A program made the translations under genes and the position numbers. The notes beneath the pieces were generated by a model. The model was not told the DNA's origin and did no database searches. It saw only the letters and a program-made list of their open reading frames with translations. From positions 124,001-188,000 of IMG/VR virus record IMGVR_UViG_3300042350_004528: a stretch of DNA of 64,000 nucleotides, one strand, 5' to 3'. Each line of letters starts with the position of its first letter. Within the stretch, counting starts at the first letter, position 1. Positions 10,545 through 21,600 of this stretch are shown piece after piece.

Positions 10545-12686
10545 TTAACTAAGCGCCTGATTTACAGCATCAATTACTGTACCAATTTCAATGGTTTTAG
10601 TACATTCAAACATCCTTTCTGTGTTTTTGTGTTCTGGACACCATTCCCAATCACCAGGATTTAACCAGTGTCTGTTAAAACACCCAGAGCATATTGAAGG
10701 TGAATCATTAAAGACTCTAATACAATCACTAAACTCTGTATAAGGATAACTAAAACCAGAAATCATTATAGTTTTAGTACCCAGGGCCCAAGAAACCCAA
10801 CTTAAACCACTACCAACCCCAATGAATAAATCAGCGTTTAATATGTCGGTAAACCTATCTTGTATTGGATAGTCACCAGTTTTATCGATAACACCCGTTA
10901 ATGTCCCACCTAATTTAGAATCGTGCCAAGCGTCACCTAATTTTTCGTTAGTCAACATCAACACTTTATATCCAATAGAGTTTAAATAATCAATTATAGC
11001 TTGCCAGCCGCCTGGTTTATTCCAATATTTTGCGTGAGCTGACGCATGCGGTGCTATCACCGCGTATTTTTCGTTTATATTCCTCTCTTTTTTAAGAACA
11101 TCGATTATCGGTTTAACCTCAATAGGATCAACCCCCAATATGGATGATGCAGTTTCTTGTAAACTTTTTTCTCTAAAATTAATTGGATTTTTATTATAAT
11201 TTATTTTTGAGTCATCGTAATACCAACCAATTGTGTACATAGCATATAAATCGTATACTGCTTCACCAGGTTTTACAAATTTTAAATTAGGGTATGTTTT
11301 TTCGAACCAATCGTTTTTAAAAGTCGATACAACAACTTCACATTCATATTTTTTCCTAAATTCTTCGACAATTGGAAACCAAGCAAGTGTATCACCAATT
11401 GCACTGGACTCTAGCGCTACATAAACTTTTTTACCCTTTAAATCAAATAAGTGTTCTGAGAATAAAAACCCATCCCGATATACTTTTATATGCCATTTAA
11501 CGTTAAATTCTTTACTCGCTTTACACCAACAATTATTTTCTATTTTTGTGGTGTATTCGACTTTATTTGTTTCTGAATTAATAAATTCAACCGTATATTC
11601 TTCTTTATTATTACCTAATATTTCAACTTTTGGGCCATTTATAAAAGTATAAATAACTTTGTTTTCATTTATAACTTTATTTAATCGTCTTATGGGCGTT
11701 TCTTCGTAAATCCTAATTAAATTATCTTTCATGTCGTTTTTATTTTTTAATATTTCATTGTATATTTTTATTAGTTTTTTTGTTAAATTTTTAAATGAGT
11801 GAGCTTTCGCTGTCTTAAAACTCATATCGGCCATAGTTGTATAGTTGTTAATGACATAATTTAACCCATCAACAATTTGTTTTACATCACGCTCTATTCG
11901 ATACATTCCAGGTAATTCATTTCCTGGCTCAAATGTCGCGATAACGGGTAACCCACAAGCCATTGCCTCAAGTAGTGTTAAATTTGGGTGTCCAGCTTCT
12001 AGTATTGACGGATGTAAAAATATTGTATGTTTTTGGTAGGTATCTAAAAGTTGCTCTTCGTTTAAATCATATAATATTGTTAGTTTATTATATTCTTGAT
12101 TAAAACTGTTAAAAAAATTTTTGTTATTGGAAGGGCCAACAATTGTTATTGGTAAATCTAAAATTTTAGCTGCGTTAATCGCATATGAAAATCCTTTTCT
12201 ATCAAACCCTTGGTCATTGGCAAATCCATTATTTGCTACACATAACAATTTATGCCCGTAAGTCCTTTTTTGTGGGTCTGGTTTAAAAAAATCAGTATTA
12301 ACCGCATGCTCCAAATACCTCAGCTTTGGGTGATTATTAAAATAACCCAATAAAAATTTTGCTGGTACAAATGAAATTAAAGATTTATCGATAGCTTCTA
12401 AATTTTCTTTGTAAACATGAGAATCTTTTCCATAAACATATACATGGTGATCATGACAAGTAAATACATAATCAATACCTCTTTGTTTACCTTCTAGTGC
12501 TAAATTTGCAACATGTTGATGTACCACATCATAATTTTCTTTAACAACATCATTTAAATACTTTATTTCACTTTTGTGGCCAAATTCATTTGAGTTACAA
12601 TGATATTCCCATATGATTTTTTCAACCGCACCCCAACCGTTAGGTGGTATTGGAAGCAAACCAACTGTTACTTGACAAATTTTCAT
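10545..12686 (-). CDS. Fusion of GT4-like glycosyltransferase and TibC/Aah-type (BAHT) protein O-heptosyltransferase
   Basis: N-terminus PIPPNGWGAVEK...HPSILE...LTLLEAMACGLPVI (GT4). C-terminus DLKGKKVYV...AIGDTLAWFP..EEFRKK, FIGVGSGLSWVSWALG, MISGFS and Cys motif CSGC...WCPEH...FECTK, as in Fe-binding autotransporter heptosyltransferases. Confidence 0.85.
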   Translation of the reverse strand: MKICQVTVGLLPIPPNGWGAVEKIIWEYHCNSNEFGHKSEIKYLNDVVKENYDVVHQHVANLALEGKQRGIDYVFTCHDHHVYVYGKDSHVYKENLEAIDKSLISFVPAKFLLGYFNNHPKLRYLEHAVNTDFFKPDPQKRTYGHKLLCVANNGFANDQGFDRKGFSYAINAAKILDLPITIVGPSNNKNFFNSFNQEYNKLTILYDLNEEQLLDTYQKHTIFLHPSILEAGHPNLTLLEAMACGLPVIATFEPGNELPGMYRIERDVKQIVDGLNYVINNYTTMADMSFKTAKAHSFKNLTKKLIKIYNEILKNKNDMKDNLIRIYEETPIRRLNKVINENKVIYTFINGPKVEILGNNKEEYTVEFINSETNKVEYTTKIENNCWCKASKEFNVKWHIKVYRDGFLFSEHLFDLKGKKVYVALESSAIGDTLAWFPIVEEFRKKYECEVVVSTFKNDWFEKTYPNLKFVKPGEAVYDLYAMYTIGWYYDDSKINYNKNPINFREKSLQETASSILGVDPIEVKPIIDVLKKERNINEKYAVIAPHASAHAKYWNKPGGWQAIIDYLNSIGYKVLMLTNEKLGDAWHDSKLGGTLTGVIDKTGDYPIQDRFTDILNADLFIGVGSGLSWVSWALGTKTIMISGFSYPYTEFSDCIRVFNDSPSICSGCFNRHWLNPGDWEWCPEHKNTERMFECTKTIEIGTVIDAVNQALS

Positions 12687-13384
12687 TGATTGAAATATAT
12701 TTTGTTATAAATTGATTCTATTTTTCTATCCTGGCCAAAAGATCTAATGTCTAGTATCTGGGCATTTTTTAATTTTAACCAAAAATTTTCTTTCGTTTCA
12801 TTAATATAATAACCACCTTCTTTTTTAAATAAATAAAGATAAAATGGTAGTTTACACAAACTAAAATAAACAGATATATTATCAAAATTAATATGACGTT
12901 CCTTTGAGTATGCGAGTTCCCTTAATATGGAAAGCATATCCATATCATCTCTTATAATTTCGTAGTTTGGAAATATATCAGATAAACCAAACGTTGCTGA
13001 TATTTTTTTAAAATCATATTTAAAATCTAAATCTAGATTTAAAGCAAAATGATAATCAATTTTAAAATCATCATGTTGTGATTCATAAAAATTGGTTGGG
13101 TATTCAAAATGTTTTATCGGTGTAAAAAAATTGTAATACTCGTCAACTGGAGTACCTAAATAATCATTTGGGTTGAATTTATAATTGTTACCGTGGTATT
13201 TTATTAAAACAACATCTTGAGTAAATTTTTGTAGCTTTAATAAACTAACTATACTGTCTACTTTTTCAATATTGTCTGGAAAAACAAAAATAATTTTTTT
13301 ATTTTTTAATTTATATAAATGTGAGCATATTGGTAATATGTAAGCTATGTCGGTTACCGTTCCTAAAAGTGTTACTGCAATCAT
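12683..13384 (-). CDS. Hypothetical protein, possibly a degenerate GT9-like glycosyltransferase
   Basis: N-terminus LGTVTDIAYILPICSHL resembles the GT9 'GD...LP' start. Overlaps the BAHT gene by 4 nt. Confidence 0.45.
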   Translation of the reverse strand: MIAVTLLGTVTDIAYILPICSHLYKLKNKKIIFVFPDNIEKVDSIVSLLKLQKFTQDVVLIKYHGNNYKFNPNDYLGTPVDEYYNFFTPIKHFEYPTNFYESQHDDFKIDYHFALNLDLDFKYDFKKISATFGLSDIFPNYEIIRDDMDMLSILRELAYSKERHINFDNISVYFSLCKLPFYLYLFKKEGGYYINETKENFWLKLKNAQILDIRSFGQDRKIESIYNKIYFNQ

Positions 13385-13412
13385 TTTTTTTAATAGTTAA
13401 TTTAGTAAATTT

Positions 13413-15428
13413 TTATTTTAATTCTATAAATCCGTTTTTATTTAAATTATTATAAAAATAATCTGGTGTTAAAATAATTTCTTTTACCTCAATAATTTGT
13501 TCTTTTTTTTCGTCTTTTTTATCAAAAAACAAACCTTTTATTTTATACGTTTTATTTTGAAAATCTATAATTTTATACCATCTATTATTACCATTTACGT
13601 TGATAGTTTCAATAAAGTTATCATCCATGTATAAATCCAATACTCTACTGTCGGTAGCGTTATTAACACTAAACCAAATGGCAAATTTACTAGGGTTATC
13701 TTTAACCGATAGTAAAGTAAAATATTCTACTCGAGAAAAATCATACCAATAAATTGTTTTACTAACCAAATCATCAAAATCTTTTTGCTTTTCATAAAAA
13801 ACTTTATTAGATACGGGTTTTAAACCATGAAACATCATATTTTCCAAAGAATTAGTTTCAGATCCCCAATCATACATAGCTTGTGTGTATTGTTCTTCTT
13901 TAAGTATGAGTGGAAAATGGTTGATGTAAAAATCAGGTTCAATTCCCATAAACCATGTTGTAACGGTTGGCCCCTCTTGATCCCCCTCCCTTAATTGACA
14001 ATAAATTTTATAATCATTTAATTTTTTAGAAACGTAGTCTAAAAAATACCTATCTTTAATTTCATAATCATAATTTAAAAAAAATACTTTTTTAAATCCT
14101 AAATTTTTAGCTAAACAAGCCCCATTGTAATAATTTGTATAGCAAGCGGGGCCGTGGTAAATATCATTCCCATACGCCTTTAAATTTACATGTGTGTAGT
14201 ATTCAGAATAATTCCAATACGAATAAGAATAAAAGGTATGTTTAGTTAATAAATTATTTTTATCAACCACAACATAATCTGCTGTTTCTTCTAAAATCTT
14301 GGGCACGGGTATGTGAGAAGTTAATATAACTTTCCTTCCCGATTTATGGGCGGATAATATACAATTTAAGGTTACTTCAATAACCCTTTGGGTATTTGGA
14401 TATGTGGAAATAACCACTACCTCTTCACTTTCATTTAAATACTCATTATTATTATTATTATTATTATTTAATAAATTTTTAATAGTTGTGTAATTATATT
14501 CAAAGTCATCAAATTTAAGATATTTTACTTTAGAAAATTCATCAAAATAATTTTCGTAAACGGGTAAATTATAAATTAGTGTTGGCAATTCCCAAGAAAT
14601 TGCTTCACGAATAACCAAAGGCATTGTTTCTTTATCGTTTACCGTACCTTTAGATGTAAATAAAAATAAATCCATTGCGGAATAAAATTTATCAACATCG
14701 GATCTTTCACCGTGGACAATTAAATTTTTGGGGATATTATTTAATAAAGGCTCCCAATAATATTTAAAATTGTCAGCGGTGTTTCCGACAGAATGAAACA
14801 TTATTTTTTCACCCTCAAACATCCTGGCGTATTCAAAAAATTCAGCTTGGTTTTTTCTTGGTGTGAATAAACCAACATGCAATACATGTTTATATTCAGG
14901 ATCCAATCCCAACTCTTTTAAAGAATTATAGCGGTCGGGTCTTTCTTTATATTCAATTGGGTATTCAACAACCTCAGAATCTATTTTTAGATCAGACAAC
15001 ATTTTACTTTGAAATTTTGACACCAAAATAAATTTATCTGGCATAAATCTTTTTGTATTAACGTCAAACGAGGAGTCATGTGACGTTTCAAATATTTTGT
15101 ATTGTCTTTCCTTTGTGTATATTTGTTCCGCAATATTATCAGCCATAAAATATTCTGGCATCTCCTCTAAATGAACTATATCGGGATTTAATCTTTGTAT
15201 GGTTTCGATTACAAATTGCTTATCCCCACCCCACGGAATGGTTAATAAATTATCACCGATTAAATTTTTTATTCTGTTTTTTTGAACCACTAAAACACCA
15301 CCAGTCACATCATCATATTCAATAACGTATATATTATAATTGTTTTTTAATTCCTCAATCTTTTTCGTTAGATATTGGGGTAAACCACCTGTTGATAGAT
15401 GTGGTGCAATATACAATATTGTTTTCAT
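13413..15428 (-). CDS. Multi-domain glycosyltransferase (GT4-like N-terminus plus a second, GT-A-like domain)
   Basis: PHLSTGGLPQY, HVGLFTPRKNQ, DLFLFTS..ETMPLVIREA. After an Asn8 linker comes a second domain VVVISTY...VILTSH...FFLNYDY. Confidence 0.8.
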   Translation of the reverse strand: MKTILYIAPHLSTGGLPQYLTKKIEELKNNYNIYVIEYDDVTGGVLVVQKNRIKNLIGDNLLTIPWGGDKQFVIETIQRLNPDIVHLEEMPEYFMADNIAEQIYTKERQYKIFETSHDSSFDVNTKRFMPDKFILVSKFQSKMLSDLKIDSEVVEYPIEYKERPDRYNSLKELGLDPEYKHVLHVGLFTPRKNQAEFFEYARMFEGEKIMFHSVGNTADNFKYYWEPLLNNIPKNLIVHGERSDVDKFYSAMDLFLFTSKGTVNDKETMPLVIREAISWELPTLIYNLPVYENYFDEFSKVKYLKFDDFEYNYTTIKNLLNNNNNNNNEYLNESEEVVVISTYPNTQRVIEVTLNCILSAHKSGRKVILTSHIPVPKILEETADYVVVDKNNLLTKHTFYSYSYWNYSEYYTHVNLKAYGNDIYHGPACYTNYYNGACLAKNLGFKKVFFLNYDYEIKDRYFLDYVSKKLNDYKIYCQLREGDQEGPTVTTWFMGIEPDFYINHFPLILKEEQYTQAMYDWGSETNSLENMMFHGLKPVSNKVFYEKQKDFDDLVSKTIYWYDFSRVEYFTLLSVKDNPSKFAIWFSVNNATDSRVLDLYMDDNFIETINVNGNNRWYKIIDFQNKTYKIKGLFFDKKDEKKEQIIEVKEIILTPDYFYNNLNKNGFIELK
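14445..14468. repeat. (ATT)8 microsatellite encoding Asn8 inter-domain linker
   Basis: Direct observation. Confidence 0.85.
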
Positions 15429-15475
15429 ACTTTTTTTTATTTTTAATAATAAGTAAAATTTATTTAAAAATAAAC

Positions 15476-15503
15476 AAAAAAGCCTAGAATATCTAGGCTT
15501 TTT
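15476..15503 (-). terminator. Intrinsic terminator after giant fibre gene
   Basis: AAAAAGCCTAGA-ATA-TCTAGGCTTTT, giving a U run on the minus strand. Confidence 0.8.
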
Positions 15504-15606
15504 CGCGTTTAAATTCGATAATAGTTAGATTTAAATTAATCTTACCTCATCGCCTGTTAGCTCAATGCGCGGATTGAGACTGTCTTTTGTGCCAAAGCAC
15601 AATTTC

Positions 15607-18600
15607 TTATGAAATTCTATGTCCATAGAAATAAGTCATTACTGTACCACCACCACCAACAATATCAGCATCACAACTTGCGAAGGTTCCTACGATAAGT
15701 CCATTACCAGTCCCGCGAACCCTAACCTCAATTTCTTGATCTGTTCCACCATCATTATAAACTACCGTATCAATATTCACTGTTTCAGGACAATCTGTTG
15801 AGGTTATATCGTAAATTGCAACTTTTAAATATGTTGCTGTTGTTACGTTGTAAAATGCAACGCTTGTATATGCCGTCCAATTGGCAAAACCAATTTGAGC
15901 TTGAATTTCCCAGGTTTCACCTGGTTGTATAACAAATCTATAACCATTAGCCGAAACATAACCTGTTACATCGTATTGTGTGGTATCAAATTGAACTGTT
16001 GTATCAGTATTTGCGGTTAGGTTTAAATCACTCTGTGCTAATGTAATTTGGAAATAATTACCGCCACCAGCTGATACACCTGATGTACCTGAAGATCCAG
16101 CTGCGCCCGTACCACCCGAAACACCTGATGTACCAGAAGAACCAGAAGTCCCTCTCGCCCCTGATGTACCAGAAGTTCCTGATGTACCAGAAGTTCCTGA
16201 AGAACCAGAAGTCCCTCTCGCCCCTGATGTACCAGAAGTTCCTGAAGAACCAGAAGTCCCTCTCGCCCCTGATGTACCAGAAGTTCCAGAAGTTCCTGAT
16301 GTACCACCACCACCACCACCACCTATGGTCGATACGGCTCGTAATGTTAAAAAATTATTTGTGACGTTGTCTACGGCTAAAACGTGAGTTGCGGCATTAT
16401 CAATTGGCGCAGTGACCTCAGTTTTACCAGCATTACCCCCCGAAAGTATGGTTTTAAACCCACTTACCGCCCCTACGTACACCCAATCAGTTAAAGCTGT
16501 AAGATCATTCCATACGAGATATGGGGCTTTTTGGCTTATAGCTGTCGCAGTTACGTTACTTAAATCAAAACTTAATGTCACATCACTGACTAATTGGCCG
16601 CCACCCGCCAAACCAACTCCCGAAATAACCGAAACATACGTTCCAGCGGTACCGAGATTACCTGAAATTCCTGATGTGCCAGATGTTCCTGATGTGCCAG
16701 ATGTTCCAGATGTTCCTGAAGAACCAGATGTTCCTGAAGAACCTGAGCCCGTTGAAGTTCCACTTGTTCCGATAGCACTATTACCAGATGTACCAGCGCT
16801 ACCAGAAGTTCCTGATGTTCCGCTTAATGCTGATATACCATTTAGTCCACTCACACCAGAAGTTCCTGTCGTACCAGAAGTTCCTGAAGAACCTGATGTT
16901 CCAGATGTGGCACTCACACCTGAAGTACCTGACGTTCCATTTCTTCCCGATGTTCCGAAGGAACCAGAAGTTCCTGATGTAGCACCTGTACTCACACCTG
17001 AAGTACCTGACGTTCCATTTCTTCCTGAAGTTCCGAAGGAACCAGAAGTACCCGATGTAACACCCGTACTCACACCTGATGTTCCAGATGTACCATTTCT
17101 TCCCGATGTTCCGAAAGCACCTGAAGTACCCGATGTAACACCCGTACTCACACCTGAAGTACCTGATGTACCATCTCTTCCTGAAGTTCCCGATGTTCCT
17201 GAAGAACCATTTGTTCCTGATGTTGCAGAAACACCACTTGTGCCAGCAGTTCCGTTTATTCCTGAAGTTCCAGAAGTTCCTGAAGAACCTGATGTTCCAG
17301 ATGTGGCACTCACACCTGATGTTCCAGATGTACCATCTCTTCCTGAAGTTCCGAACGCACCAGAAGTTCCCGATGTAACACCTGTACTCACACCTGAAGT
17401 ACCTGACGTTCCATTTCTTCCTGAAGTTCCGAAAGCACCTGAAGTTCCTGATGTAACACCCGTACTCACACCTGAAGTACCTGACGTTCCATTTCTTCCT
17501 GAAGTTCCGAAAGCACCTGAAGTACCTGATGTAACACCCGTACTCACACCTGAAGTACCTGATGTACCATCTCTTCCTGAAGTTCCGAAGGAACCAGAAG
17601 TTCCCGATGTCGCGGATATTCCCGATGTACCAGCAGTTCCGTTTATTCCTGAAGTTCCAGCTGTTCCTGAAGAACCTGATGTTCCCGATGTGGCACTCAC
17701 ACCTGAAGTACCTGACGTTCCATTTCTTCCTGAGGTTCCTGAAGAACCTGAAGTTCCTGATGTAGCAGAAACACCACTTGTTCCTGATGTTCCTGAAGAA
17801 CCAGAAGTACCGCTTGTCGCAGATACTCCCGATGTTCCAGCTGTACCATTTATTCCTGAGGTTCCCGAAGAACCTGATGTTCCTGAAGTTGCACTTATTC
17901 CTGAAGTTCCAGCTGTTCCTGAAGAACCAGAAGTACCTGATGTAGCGGATACTCCCGAAGTTCCAGCAGTTCCATTTCTACCCGAGGTTCCCGAAGATCC
18001 GCTTGTACCTGATGTTGCTGATACACCTGAAGTACCAGAAGTTCCCGATGATCCATTAGTTCCACTTGTTGCAGAAACACCCGAAGTTCCAGCAGTTCCA
18101 TTTATTCCTGATGTTCCTGACGATCCACTTGTACCTGAAGTACCTGATGTTCCGCTCGAACCAGAAGTACCTGATGTAGCGGATACTCCCGATGTTCCAG
18201 CAGTTCCATTTCTACCCGCAGTTCCACTTGAACCAGAAGTACCTGATGTTGCAGATACCCCACTTGTACCTGAAGTCCCGCTTGAACCAGCAGTTCCGCT
18301 TGTTGCTGATATACCTGAAGTTCCAGCAGTTCCATTTATACCTGAAGTTCCTGACGATCCGCTTGTACCAGAAGTACCAGCAGTTCCACTTGAACCAGAA
18401 GTTCCTGATGTTGCTGATATACCTGAAGTCCCAGCAGTTCCATTTCTACCCGAGGTTCCTGAAGAACCTGATGTTCCTGATGTTGCAGATACACCAGAAG
18501 TACCTGATGTTCCACTCGAACCAGAAGTTCCTGATGTAGCGGATACTCCCGATGTTCCAGCGGTTCCATTTATACCTGAAGTTCCTGACGATCCACTTGT

Positions 18601-21600
18601 ACCAGAAGTACCAGCAGTTCCACTTGAACCAGAAGTTCCTGATGTTGCTGATATACCTGAAGTACCAGCAGTTCCATTTCTACCCGAGGTTCCTGAAGAA
18701 CCTGATGTTCCACTTGTTGCTGATATACCTGATGTTCCACTTGAACCACTTGTTCCTGATGTTGCAGAAACACCACTTGTACCAGCAGTTCCATTTCTTC
18801 CTGAAGTACCTGAAGATCCACTTGTACCTGATGTTGCGGAAACGCCTGAGGTTCCCGAGGTTCCCGAAGAACCTGATGTACCACTTGTTGCAGAAACACC
18901 TGAAGTTCCGTTTATTCCTGATGTTCCCGATGAACCACTCGTTCCAGCAGTTCCAGAAGTTCCCGAAGATCCACTTGTACCTGATGTTGCAGATACACCT
19001 GAAGTTCCAGCAGTTCCATTTCTACCTGAAGTTCCACTTGAACCTGATGTACCTGATGTGGCAGATACTCCACTTGTTCCTGAAGAACCTGATGTTCCAC
19101 TTGTTGCTGATACACCTGAAGTTCCAGCAGTTCCATTTATTCCTGAGGTTCCTGAAGATCCACTTGTACCTGATGTCGCAGATACCCCACTTGTTCCTGA
19201 TGTACCTGAAGAACCAGAAGTCCCCGATGTCGCAGATACACCTGAAGTTCCAGCAGTTCCATTTCTTCCCGATGTACCTGAAGAACCAGAAGTTCCTGAT
19301 GTTGCAGATACCCCACTTGTTCCTGATGTTCCACTTGAACCTGATGTTCCACTTGTTGCTGATATCCCAGAGGTACCATTTATTCCCGATGTTCCACTTG
19401 AACCTGATGTTCCACTTGTTGCTGATATCCCAGAGGTACCAGCAGTTCCTGAAGAACCACTTGTACCGCTTGTCGCAGACACACCACTTGTTCCAGCAGT
19501 TCCGTTTCTACCTGAAGTTCCTGAAGAACCAGAAGTTCCTGATGTTGCAGATATCCCTGATGTTCCCGAGGTTCCTGAAGAACCTGATGTTCCACTTGTT
19601 GCTGATATCCCAGAGGTACCAGCAGTTCCGTTTATTCCAGAGGTTCCTGAAGAACCTGATGTTCCTGATGTTGCTGACACACCACTTGTTCCCGCAGTTC
19701 CCGAAGATCCACTTGTACCTGATGTTGCAGAAACACCTGAGGTTCCAGCAGTTCCATTTCTACCCGCAGTTCCCGAAGAACCCGATGTTCCTGATGTTGC
19801 AGATATCCCTGATGTTCCCGAGGTTCCTGAAGAACCAGAAGTTCCTGATGTTGCAGAAACACCTGAAGTACCAGCAGTTCCATTTATACCTGAAGTTCCT
19901 GACGATCCACTTGTACCAGAAGTACCAGCAGTTCCTGAAGAACCTGATGTACCACTTGTTGCAGAAACACCTGAGGTTCCAGCAGTTCCATTTCTACCCG
20001 AGGTTCCTGAAGAACCTGATGTACCTGATGTTGCAGACACTCCTGATGTACCAGCAGTTCCCGAAGAACCTGATGTTCCTGATGTCGCAGATACACCTGA
20101 AGTTCCAGCAGTTCCATTTATTCCTGAAGTTCCTGAAGAACCATTTGTTCCTGATGTCGCAGAAACACCACTTGTCCCTGATGTACCTGAAGAACCAGAA
20201 GTTCCTGATGTTGCTGATATTCCTGATGTACCAGCGGTTCCATTTCTACCTGAAGTACCTGAAGAACCACTTGTTCCTGATGTTGCTGAAACTCCCGAAG
20301 TACCAGAAGTTCCAGAGGAACCTGATGTTCCTGAAGTTGCACTTATTCCTGAAGTACCAGCCGTACCGTTTATTCCCGAAGTACCTGACGATCCACTTGT
20401 ACCAGAAGTACCTGATGTTCCGCTCGAACCAGAAGTTCCTGATGTTGCGGATACACCTGAAGTTCCAGCAGTTCCGTTTATTCCAGAGGTTCCTGAAGAA
20501 CCTGATGTTCCTGATGTTGCAGATATTCCACTTGTACCAGCTGTACCTGAAGAACCTGAAGTTCCGCTTGTTGCTGATATCCCTGAAGTCCCAGCAGTTC
20601 CATTTCTACCTGAGGTACCACTTGAACCACTCGTTCCCGATGTAGCGGATACACCACTTGTCCCTGATGTACCTGAAGAACCAGCAGTTCCACTTGTTGC
20701 AGAAACACCTGAAGTTCCAGCAGTTCCATTTATTCCTGAAGTTCCTGAAGAACCTGAAGTTCCTGAAGTTGCACTTATTCCTGAAGTTCCAGCTGTTCCT
20801 GAAGAACCTGATGTTCCTGATGTGGCACTTATTCCTGAAGTTCCAGCAGTTCCATTTCTACCCGAGGTTCCTGAAGATCCAGAAGTACCTGATGTTGCAG
20901 AAACACCTGATGTACCTGAAGTACCTGAAGAACCACTTGTTCCCGATGTTGCAGAAACACCTGATGTACCAGCGGTTCCATTTATTCCTGATGTTCCCGA
21001 TGAACCAGAAGTTCCGCTTGTTGCGGATGTACCTGATGTTCCAGCAGTACCACTTGAACCAGAAGTACCTGATGTTGCAGAAACACCTGATGTACCTGAG
21101 GTTCCATTTCTACCAGCTGTTCCTGAAGAACCCGATGTCCCACTTGTAGCGGATACACCACTTGTTCCAGCTGTACCTGAAGAACCTGATGTACCTGATG
21201 TCGCAGATATACCTGATGTTCCAGCAGTTCCATTTCTACCAGCTGTTCCTGAAGAACCCGATGTCCCACTTGTAGCGGATACTCCACTTGTTCCTGATGT
21301 TCCTGAAGAACCAGAAGTTCCTGATGTTGCTGATGCACCTGAAGTTCCAGCGGTACCATTTATTCCTGAAGTTCCCGATGATCCATTTGTACCAGCCGTA
21401 CCAGAAGTGCCAGAAGATCCACTTGTTCCGCTTGTTGCGGATATACCTGATGTTCCAGCAGTTCCATTTATACCTGAAGTTCCAGAAGAACCAGAAGTTC
21501 CGCTTGTTGCAGATATTCCTGATGTTCCAGCGGTACCATTAATACCTGATGTACCAGCTGTTCCTGAAGAACCAGAAGTTCCGCTTGTTGCAGATATTCC

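Noticed and set aside
14445-14468. Phase-variation switch at (ATT)8
   Set aside because: A triplet unit keeps the frame, so it only changes linker length.
15524-15606. Hammerhead ribozyme in the fibre 3' UTR
   Set aside because: GCGAUGAG resembles but does not match the CUGANGA core, and the stems do not fit.
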